Below are positions 45,818 through 55,034 of a stretch of 64,000 nt of DNA, one piece after another. The notes under the pieces are model-generated. The model searched no databases and was not told where the DNA came from. It saw only the letters and a program-made list of their open reading frames with translations. Origin of the DNA: Schmidtea nova (lineage: Eukaryota); assembly GCA_044892505.1 (NCBI GenBank), contig CM097883.1, positions 77,562,001-77,626,000 on the forward strand, in the 5' to 3' direction. How positions within the stretch are numbered: position 1 is the first letter of the stretch; every line of letters starts with the position of its first letter. The position numbers were made by a program, and so were the translations under genes.

Positions 45818-47471
45818 GATATATGTCGTGTGAGTGTGTGAGAGGAGAAATGAAAGGGCCCGAGAGAGTCCTGCGATACTCGTGTGCAGACACTCGGGGT
45901 GTATGCTATGTGGTGTAATACAATAAATATAAGATTAAATAAAAAAAAACGATAAATATCAGTTAAATTATTTGCAAGTTAAATTAAATTAAATTATTAA
46001 CAAGTTATTTCAAATTCAAGAACCTGGCGCTAATTTGGTGGTAGTAGATTGTTTGCAGGGTAATATCGGCTATACTTCTTTTATTCGATTTTAGTGGACA
46101 ATCTGAGCACAAATCGTACGATAGTTTTGTTCAGTTTCTGCTTCCCTATTAGGTTCTGATATCGGTTGTTGTTTCCAATAAAATTGTATGATGATTGTAG
46201 TTGTTGTTTGCAGGGTAATATCGGCTATACTTCTTTTATTCGATTTTAGTGGACAATCTGATCACAAATAAAATTATATGATGATTGTTGTTGTTGTTTG
46301 CAGGGTAATATCGGCTATACTTCTTTTGTTCGATTTTAATGGAATTGAAGATGAATTCCGATGTTGTAGTAAAATTTGCTATTTATATTTTTAGCTTATT
46401 ATCCTCTTGGTAAATAATTTTCATCTTTTTGAAAATTAAATTAAAAATTAATCAATTTTTCTAATTATCAATTTGGCTTACTATAGCATTTGCTATAGTA
46501 AGCCAAATTCGAATTTTAAACTAGAAATTTTAATTCAAAATAATAATAATTATCATAATAAACATAATTTTCAATCGCCCAGTACACGAATAATTGGGGG
46601 GGGGTACAATCCCGTTTGCCGGTAACGATATGAAAAATGCAAATAATATTAAAAATGAATAATAACAACTGGATAAAAATTTCACAACTCATCACACGTC
46701 TCATAATGTCGTCGTATATTATATTCTTTTACTACCGAAATCATAGCTTTACATACCAAACACCAAACGGCATTTTTTGGTTTTGTTGTCCCCCTATCTC
46801 TATATTTTGAAATTCAAAGTCAATTCAAAAGTTCATTACAAAATAAATCGCACAAATTCATTACTCAAAATTACCAATTTTTCATAAAAGATTCTAGTGG
46901 ATTTGTAGCTGGTCGTCGAGCTGTTGGTGTCGGTGGAAAACTGTTGGAAGCTAACAGCTATGAGGAAAAGAAGCTTCGTAAAAATGAGGAAAGCAATAGG
47001 AGCTGGACGCGCCGATCCAGCTAGAATACAAAAGTATTTAGTTTTCCAGATCTCTTGGAAATTTCTAGATTCATCATCAATTTTTCTTTTTTTATCCATC
47101 AGGAATATTGAGTTTACTATTAAATAATATTTTTTCTATCACAAAATAAAAAAAAGAATATCTAAAGTTTACTTACCACAGAGTGAAGCTTCAAAATCAA
47201 ACTGAGTTTTTAAAACTATTTTCTTAAACAAATACAAAAAAATTTGTTATGTATGCACTGAAATTAGTAAAGCAACTACGAATTCTTAGAAGAGCTGTAA
47301 TTGTTAATATAATTTCAGAAGAAAAATACCATTTTTAAAAAATTGGTAACTAACAAAATTATGAAAAAAAAAGAAATTTCAATTTTTTTTCTTGCAATTT
47401 TTTTCCAATCGTTTTTGGAGTGTCGCGGGACAAGCTTTTCAAGCTGGCGGGCCATAGTTTGGACATCGCTG
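43772..47471 (-). mobile_element. SPIN/GTF2IRD2-like hAT transposon
   Basis: TIRs CAGCGATGCCCAAACT / AGTTTGGACATCGCTG; perfect TSD CTTTAAAC. Transposase fragments: 46836-47099 (KRKIDDESRNFQEIW), 45406-45700 (LSRNTVTRRI), 45078-45356 (DESTD..AQLLIFIRG), 44782-45090 (EVRWLSKG), 44084-44762 (FGSTYIVEQTYS). Confidence 0.93.
45813..46730. mobile_element. Non-coding remnant related to the CsRn1-like element, next to a (TA)n tract
   Basis: Shares GCCCGAGAGAGTC...GACACTCGGGGTGT with 16822-16872, and the GGCTTACTATAGC palindrome plus G-run with 17260-17370. Three internal ~60-bp repeats at 46049-46340. Boundaries approximate. Confidence 0.55.
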
Positions 47472-48387
47472 CTTTAAACCATAAAATCATACAACAATAA
47501 CAAAAATTCGATTATCGTTTGTTAAATACAAGAACCGATTTTCGTTTTAGAAACTGATAATCGGATTTCCGATTATTGTTTAACCACCCTAATTACAAGT
47601 AAAACGATATACGAGATCAGAACACAGATCAAATGGCGTCACAGATTTATTACTGAACATGTCCCGAACTTTGCAAGACTTAGAAATTATTTTAACATTA
47701 GTATTTCCAAAATATTGGAAATANNNNNNNNNNNNNNNNNNNNNNNNNNNNNNNNNNNNNNNNNNNNNNNNNNNNNNNNNNNNNNNNNNNNNNNNNNNNN
47801 NNNNNNNNNNNNNNNNNNNNNNNNNNNNNNNNNNNNNNNNNNNNNNNNNNNNNNNNNNNNNNNNNNNNNNNNNNNNNNNNNNNNNNNNNNNNNNNNNNNN
47901 NNNNNNNNNNNNNNNNNNNNNNNNNNNNNNNNNNNNNNNNNNNNNNNNNNNNNNNNNNNNNNNNNNNNNNNNNNNNNNNNNNNNNNNNNNNNNNNNNNNN
48001 NNNNNNNNNNNNNNNNNNNNNNNNNNNNNNNNNNNNNNNNNNNNNNNNNNNNNNNNNNNNNNNNNNNNNNNNNNNNNNNNNNNNNNNNNNNNNNNNNNNN
48101 NNNNNNNNNNNNAACTTTCAATCGCTGTTAAGGGAAGTTTAACCCCAGTAATTAGAAGTTGTTGGTTTTTATTTACATTTTTAAAATTCTTAATTTTATT
48201 TATTCGGTATTTATGTTTTACTTATTTTTTGTTATTGGGTTTGACCGGTGGGTGCCAATTTAACGAACTGAAACAGAATTACAATATTTATTTATAAATA
48301 ATCACATATATAATTAATATAATTTTAGTCCATTTTGATCTCCAGCCGCTTTGCTCCATGTCGATATCTGATAATCGTTTCTTTTTT

Positions 48388-49790
48388 TCATACACCTACA
48401 CCGTTGATGGTCAGTGTTTCTCCAACGTCAACATTAGATGTTGTAGATCTCCTTTTGCGATTATCCTTCTGTTCCAATATGCCATATTCCATCGATAATT
48501 GAATTCTCGCCGATTTGGTGGATTTAATTAGTTCAAAATTCTCTTCAATTTCCTCCAAATACGTGTCAGTTGGCCATTTCAACATTTGATTTCTCATTTC
48601 TGTCCTCGTATCGATTTCATCCACACAAATGTCTGTTTCATATGCGATTATTATTGTTCTTTCTGAGCTGGGAATTTCTGATGTAGATTCCATATGTTGC
48701 ATAGCTAGATATTCTTGTAACGAATATTTTCTCGATGGCCTTATCTTGGGCATTGATACATCGTCAATCCAAAGATTTTTGAGTCTCAGATATATCTTCC
48801 GGATACTTTTAACGTCCTCCAAAGCTGAGTGTATACACATTTGCAACTATTCTCCATATAGTTCCTTCATTACGGTTTTGAGTTTAAAATATTTCCGTCT
48901 TGTTACTTCTCTCAATTGCAAAGCTTGGGCTGTAGCTAGATCCCGAATACCATAAAGATGGTTAACCCATATCCCTAAGAATTGCAACTCTGCATGTAGG
49001 TCATGTCCTACTAGTATTTTCCCTATTGCCAGTTTTTAAATATCCTTCATTTCTTCGTACTGATCATTTGGTTTCGGCTGGCCACCTCCGTTATCCCATG
49101 GATGTTCGAGTGAAAATGTTTGAGTCTACCTCCGGGAGTCAAGAAGACATTTTTCACAATTTTCCCATGATAATTCATAATTGCCACCGCCAAGGGGATC
49201 ATCTTTACAGTATCATTGCTCCCATATTCAGCATCAATGAACAATATCATACTGCAAATTTTTTCCATATCCATTTTCTTCTGAACAAACGATAATTTTC
49301 TCTTCAACATTTCCTTTGTTATTTGTAGGAGTTCAGGATTTTCTTTCTGCATTGGATCCATGCTGGGTGCGCCATCAATTTCGTTTTTTATTCTTGTTTT
49401 CACTACAATTGGGGCATCCTCGTTTGCGGCTCACAATATTTTCCCTATTACTGGCTCCTTAATTTTCCATGAAGATAGCCTTTTGATTTCCTACCATATT
49501 TGACCATTTTCATCTAGCATCTGTACCGTCCCTCTGATTATATAGATATGGTATTCTTCTTTATTTGATATTTTGTTTTCATTTGGAATTTGGAATTTTG
49601 ATCTTCTGTTGATGTTGAATAATTGAAATTTCATTTATCTGTCATCCAACGTTAGGTAAATTGGGATTTGTAAGTTGTTGGTCATCTGGAATTTCCTTTG
49701 ACCGGCATTATTTCTCATCATCTTTAGGTCACTGTCGTGAGTTTCCCTGGCCCATTGTAGCTGTTCCATTTTTACTAAATGTTTATAAGT
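48388..49790 (-). pseudogene. REX4/ISG20-like DEDDh 3'-5' exonuclease ORF of a decayed relative of element 2
   Basis: ExoI ILFIDAEYG (about 49230); AVAIMNYHGKIVKNVFLTP; after a frameshift ExoII GKILVGHDLHAELQFL; GIRDLA; ExoIII HSALEDV (48814-48831). Several stops. TATA-like GGGGGTATATAAG at about 49966-49978 upstream. Confidence 0.85.
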
Positions 49791-50485
49791 TAAATTCATT
49801 TAATTTAATTTTGACTCTGGCTAAGATGGAGTACCCAAAGGATACTGTCTTAGTCGGTAGCGGAATAAAAAATATAAAATTACCGATTTAATTTAAAATT
49901 TTCTCAATTCTTTAAAATTTGTTAAGTCTCAAATTTGTTTTAAGTTTTATGATTTTTAAGTTTGTCTTATATACCCCCTTTTTAATTTTTTGAGATCCCT
50001 TTTTCTACCCCATTACTTTGTTAGTATTAACCAATCTAATCGATTTCCCAATTTTCCCATGTCGAAGAGTGTAGATTCACATGAAACATTGATAAAAGAA
50101 AATAATACACTATTGTTGAGGTCCAAGATTTTTAGATCTCAACGTACACTGGTGTAGACTATAGTATATAAAAATAAGATCAAGTTATTTGAAAAATTTA
50201 TTCAATAACAAAATTTACCGAAATCAAAAATCAAAAGTTATAAATCACACTTTCAAATCTGTATAACTGTTTTACAAAGTTTATTTAAAAGATATTTTTG
50301 CGTGTCCTACTGTGTGCTTGTTATTTACGTGAATGTATTATGTTTATTTTAGCTATAACAATTTCGTGTTGGACGTTTTTGTGCTGTCCGTAAATTTTGA
50401 GTTCTCGCAGGATTACCCTTTGAGAAAGTTTATGTCGCAAAATTTTGATTGAAATTGAATTTCAAAAAATTGTGGGCATTGTACT

Positions 50486-53400
50486 TATCATAATATTGTC
50501 AATGATAATTAACAATAATCGTGTTAATTATCGTTTTAATATTTTGTTTAAATAACTTATCATTTTATAATAAATATAATTTGAATATTAAGAATTCTTA
50601 TGCGTGCATTATAACAATGGCGTCACGATTGGAAGAATTGAATCTAGATGACAACATCAATGTCGAAATATGGTTAACCGCTTTTGGTGCGATGAGTCGA
50701 GCCAATAAGTGGGTCGACAGTGACAAATCAAGACAAATCATGGACAACTTCCTATCTGTATGTGGACTGAAGGCACTCACGAAAATCCAACATATGGCTT
50801 CTCCCAAATTGCTAGAGGAGATGACGTTCAGCGAGATCAAAGCCATGCTATTGAACCACACACAGCCGAAAAGCAAAGTTGTAATAGCTGAGAGAGCAAG
50901 ATTTTATCAGCTAAGACAGGAACCGAAAGAGAAATTAGCAGATTTCTATATCAGACTCAAGAAAGCTGCTATATATTGTGACTTCAAGAAATTGAAGGAA
51001 TCAACTGACCCCAACGAGGATATGCTCCTCATGGCATTGATTACGGGAATATATGACATCAATGCTAAGGAAAAGATTTTGCTGCAAATGAGTGCTGGGA
51101 TTCCAACATGCAACGAGATCCTCGCACAAATGCAAACATATGAGGAGATATCGACGTTCATATCCCTCCAGCATGGAACAAAACCTACAATTACCTCTAC
51201 GACCGATGAAATCAATTTCATTAAAAAGAAGAGATCAAACCTTGGAACATCAAGGAAATTCGAAGAGAAAGGAAATCAAAGGTGTCATTACTGTGATCGA
51301 ATACACGAGCCAAAGAAATCCCCGGCATATGGAAAGAAGTGTACGAATTGCGACAGAATGAATCATTTTGCGAAAGCCTGCAGATCTTCGACAAAGTCGA
51401 TACACGGAACATTCGCAGATCAGACATCGTCAGCCGATGAAAGTGATAGGCAGTACATCAACCAGTTCACTTCAAATAATATTACAAGTGACATTAACCC
51501 TGTCCTCTTAGGTACAACGATAGTGAAAATGCAAAAAGATACCGGCGCATCTGTATCAATCATATCATCCAAGATGTGGGAAGACATGGGAAGACCGAAG
51601 CTTGACAAGACAAGAAGAAAGCTTGAAGCCTACGATGGGCATATCATGCAATGCCACGGCTCGTTTCTGACAACTGTGGAATGGGAAAAGCAAGTGCTTC
51701 CGGTAACAATCACAGTCATTCAATCTATGAAGGACTTCGGACTAATAGGAATGGATATACTGCAGCAGACACGACACGGAATCTTACAGTGTCAAATCAC
51801 GAAGACAACAGAATCTCAAGTGTTACCAGCAATCAAAGGTATAAAAGCTTCTATGGATTTAATCGACGATGCGAAGCCCATGTGCTGTAAGGCTAGGCCA
51901 ATACCATTAGCTTTAGAAAACAAGGTCAACGATGAACTAATAAGGTTACAGCGATTAGGAGTAATCTCTCCGTGCACCAAACCGGTACTGAATTCTTCGC
52001 CCGTGGTTTGGGTAAAAAAGAGCAATGGCGACCTCAGATTATGCGTTGACTTCAAAGTGCATATCAATAAAAAGATAAAGACCGATGCATACCCCATTCC
52101 GAACGTCGAAACAATTTTCTCAAAACTAAAGAATGCCAACAAATTTGCAAAGCTCGATCTCACATCGGCATATTGGCAGATAGAATTAGACGATAAAGCA
52201 AAGGAGATATCGTGCATAAATACGACAAAAGGTATGTTTATTGTAAATAGATTACAGATGGGTATGAAGAACGCCTCTGCAATCTTTCAAAGGACAATGG
52301 AGCAAATACTTAAAGATATCAAAGGAATACTAATCTACCAAGACGACGTACCGATTTATGCCGAGAATGAAGAATCACTAAGGAATAGACTGCAAACGGT
52401 AAAATCGCGCCTAAAAGAGAAAAAAGTTACAATCAACCAAGCAAAGACTATTGAACTTACCAATAGTGTTTCCTTCTTGGGTTTCGAAATATCGTCAAAG
52501 GGTATCACACCTGATAAAAGTCTCGTCAGCAAAATAAACAATATAAAAGAACCAACATGCAAGGAGGAAGTAGAATCTTTCATCGGGTTAATTAATTACT
52601 TTGGTAGGTTAATTCCAAATTTTTCAGACAAAACAAGAGTAATCAATGAATTGAGAAAAAAAGGTGTAAAGTTCGATTGGAACAAGGAATGCTCGAACCA
52701 GTTCAAAGCACTAAAACAAGAAATTTCAACGTATCCAGTTGTGCAACCTTACAGCCTCGAAAAGGAAGCCACATTGACGACTGATGCATCTAAACACGCC
52801 ATAGCAGCTGTCCTAACCCAAGATGGCCATCCTGTGATCTACATTTCCAGAACACTTTCGGCTGCCGAAAAAAATTACTCTAACATAGAGAGAGAGGCTT
52901 TAGCCATAGTATGGTCTATATCTAGACTACAACACTTCTTATTAGGGAGGAAATTCAAGGTGAATACAGACCACCAACCACTCCAATCCCTATTCGGTAG
53001 CGAACCACCGATTCCAAGGCGAACATCCAATCGAATTTCAAGGTGGGCCATGCTGTTGATGCAGTACGATTATGAAATATACTATGTAATGGGAAAGCAG
53101 ATCCCGCATGCAGATGCACTATCAAGACTAAAATTCATCGATGAAAAGGAAGCAAACGAGGAAATCAAAACCAAGAACACATTGAGTGTTTTCACGGTCC
53201 AGTTTAGCGAGGGCTTATTAAATGCCTCAGAGGTCAGATTGGAAACATCGCTAAACGAGTTGGCCAGAGATATCATGCGTCGCATCAAGAAAGGCAATTG
53301 GTCGAAGTGCTCACAATCAGAAATGCCATTCAAGAAAATATCAGACCGACTAACAATTGAAGATGGACTGATTTACCACGGGTCACGTCTATTCATTCCA

Positions 53401-54270
53401 CCAAAACTAAGGAAGAAATGCATTGACATAGCACACAATGAGACACATTCTGGTCTACAATCAACATTTTACCGGCTAAAGGCATCATCTTGGTGGCCTG
53501 GAATCCACGGAGACATCGACAACTTCATTAGGTCATGTGCAATTTGCAAGAAACTACATCCTCGCCCAGAGAAGAGCATTCACAAATGGCCAGAAGCGAA
53601 ACCATTCCAAAGAGTACATATGGATTGGGCCCACATCAAAGAGGTGGGCGACGTGCTCATTATTGTAGACGCTGGTTCGGGATGGATTGAAGCCTTCAAG
53701 ACATCCGATAAAACGAGTAAGTCAGTGATCACGTGCTTACGAACTGTTTTCACCAGGTTTGGAGTCCCGGAATGCATCGTCTCGGATAATGCCCAGGAAT
53801 TCACTTCACATGAGCTAAACGCGTGGATCGACAGCCTAGAGCTCCAATAATGTCTAAATTTCAACAAGGCCAGGACATCTGGTACAAAGCCAGTGAGGAT
53901 GTGGAACCAAAAGAGGGCGAATTTATCATGACTAAGGGCAACAACACTTCATACATCACCATCGAGAGTCAGAACGACAATGTGACGTTGGTTAGCAATA
54001 ACCAAATCTCAGACCGCCGGCAGATTCAGGAAGTCAAAGACGCACAACTTACGCAAGAAAAAGTACCAGCCGAATCCGACATTAGACGCAGTGGGAGACA
54101 TCGATCGAAACATAGATGTGGGTGCTGCTGATGAAAGGATATCATAATATTGTCAATGATAATTAACAATAATCGTGTTAATTATCGTTTTAATATTTTG
54201 TTTAAATAACTTATCATTTTATAATAAATATAATTTGAATATTAAGAATTCTTATGCGTGCATTATAACA
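50486..54270 (+). mobile_element. Nested short-LTR Ty3/Gypsy (Mag-like) element with a deleted integrase
   Basis: Identical 131-bp LTRs at 50486-50616 and 54140-54270; 5-bp TSD GTACT; PBS-like TGGCGTCACGA at 50618; purine tract GAAAGGA before the 3' LTR. Confidence 0.95.
50617..53850 (+). CDS. pol: Gag-Pol (Gag, CCHC, PR, RT, RH, truncated INT)
   Basis: MASRLEEL start; CTNCDRMNHFAKAC; PR KDTGAS; RT YQDD; RH TDAS; INT H..HSG..C..C, VHMDWA, VSDNA, then loss of the catalytic-E region. The 3' remnant is ORF 53823-54131. Confidence 0.93.
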   Translation: MASRLEELNLDDNINVEIWLTAFGAMSRANKWVDSDKSRQIMDNFLSVCGLKALTKIQHMASPKLLEEMTFSEIKAMLLNHTQPKSKVVIAERARFYQLRQEPKEKLADFYIRLKKAAIYCDFKKLKESTDPNEDMLLMALITGIYDINAKEKILLQMSAGIPTCNEILAQMQTYEEISTFISLQHGTKPTITSTTDEINFIKKKRSNLGTSRKFEEKGNQRCHYCDRIHEPKKSPAYGKKCTNCDRMNHFAKACRSSTKSIHGTFADQTSSADESDRQYINQFTSNNITSDINPVLLGTTIVKMQKDTGASVSIISSKMWEDMGRPKLDKTRRKLEAYDGHIMQCHGSFLTTVEWEKQVLPVTITVIQSMKDFGLIGMDILQQTRHGILQCQITKTTESQVLPAIKGIKASMDLIDDAKPMCCKARPIPLALENKVNDELIRLQRLGVISPCTKPVLNSSPVVWVKKSNGDLRLCVDFKVHINKKIKTDAYPIPNVETIFSKLKNANKFAKLDLTSAYWQIELDDKAKEISCINTTKGMFIVNRLQMGMKNASAIFQRTMEQILKDIKGILIYQDDVPIYAENEESLRNRLQTVKSRLKEKKVTINQAKTIELTNSVSFLGFEISSKGITPDKSLVSKINNIKEPTCKEEVESFIGLINYFGRLIPNFSDKTRVINELRKKGVKFDWNKECSNQFKALKQEISTYPVVQPYSLEKEATLTTDASKHAIAAVLTQDGHPVIYISRTLSAAEKNYSNIEREALAIVWSISRLQHFLLGRKFKVNTDHQPLQSLFGSEPPIPRRTSNRISRWAMLLMQYDYEIYYVMGKQIPHADALSRLKFIDEKEANEEIKTKNTLSVFTVQFSEGLLNASEVRLETSLNELARDIMRRIKKGNWSKCSQSEMPFKKISDRLTIEDGLIYHGSRLFIPPKLRKKCIDIAHNETHSGLQSTFYRLKASSWWPGIHGDIDNFIRSCAICKKLHPRPEKSIHKWPEAKPFQRVHMDWAHIKEVGDVLIIVDAGSGWIEAFKTSDKTSKSVITCLRTVFTRFGVPECIVSDNAQEFTSHELNAWIDSLELQ

Positions 54271-55034
54271 GTACTGATATCTACATCAGTTTATATACTA
54301 AAATTTTCTACTCTAATTGTAAATAATTATATTTAAATATCATTTTTATCTTTTAAATTTCCGATGATAATTACATTTGAAATGTCAATGATTAATATTT
54401 CCCTATTTGAAATGTCCTAATTTAAATATCATTTTTATCTTTTTAATTTCCGATGATAATTACATTTGAAATGTCAATGATTAATATTTCCCTATTTGAA
54501 ATGTCCTAATTTGCCCTTTAATATTTTCCATATTGTCATACAAAATTTAAAAATAAAATAATAATATAAATTCTTTCCATATTGCCATTTTTATACAAAC
54601 CAATATGTAAAATAAAAAAAAATAAAATAATAATATACAGAATAAAATAATAGCAAGGTAAAAATACAGTGGATAAAACAATAAATATACAGTGAATCAA
54701 ATCATAAATTTGTAATTTCATATACATAGTTGTTTGGGGATTCGTTGTCTTTGATTGTTATGATTACAAATAAGATAGGCTCACAGTATGTTAAAATCAC
54801 ATTGATTTGATTGATCTTTGAGATGTTTGAGGATGGGAACTGTATTATTGTGTCATTGATCTTTGTGGGGTTCTGACTGGTGTTGAATCAGTTGAAAAGT
54901 CATAGATTGTTAATCAATATTCACCAAAGATGATAATGTCGAGAATTAAATGCCCAATGGATATTGTTGTCTTGATCTACCGTATTGAGATTGATTGATA
55001 TTTGCTTCTTCTTGAACGGGCTCTGCATAAATAT

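Larger units (their letters stand above)
41444..47591 (-). mobile_element. hAT transposon (Ac/ZBED1-like) with nested insertions
   Basis: Imperfect TIRs TAAGGATGTTAA / TTAACCACCCTA; 8-bp TSD ATTACAAA / ATTACAAG; subterminal AACCGAT repeats. Confidence 0.85.
41184..47723 (-). pseudogene. Penelope-like GIY-YIG endonuclease split by a 6.1-kb hAT insertion (41184-41443 + 47592-47723)
   Basis: Joining across the TSD gives SDLVYRFTCNECNVTYIGET...EHKKTC...EALMIK; the upstream part runs into the N-gap at 47724. Confidence 0.88.
50114..55027 (-). repeat. Putative 3' LTR of element 2 (about 1.1 kb after removing the nested element)
   Basis: TGTTGAGGTC terminus and following sequence resemble the solo LTR at 10715; TATA at 54291-54298; 89-bp tandem duplication at 54332-54511. 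Right boundary uncertain, and there is no partner LTR in the window. Confidence 0.6.

Noticed and set aside
46049-46340. Three ~60-bp direct repeats with unequal spacers, superficially CRISPR-like
   Set aside because: The spacers share sequence (AATAAAATT.TATGATGATTGT), so these are decayed tandem repeats; eukaryotic context, no cas genes.
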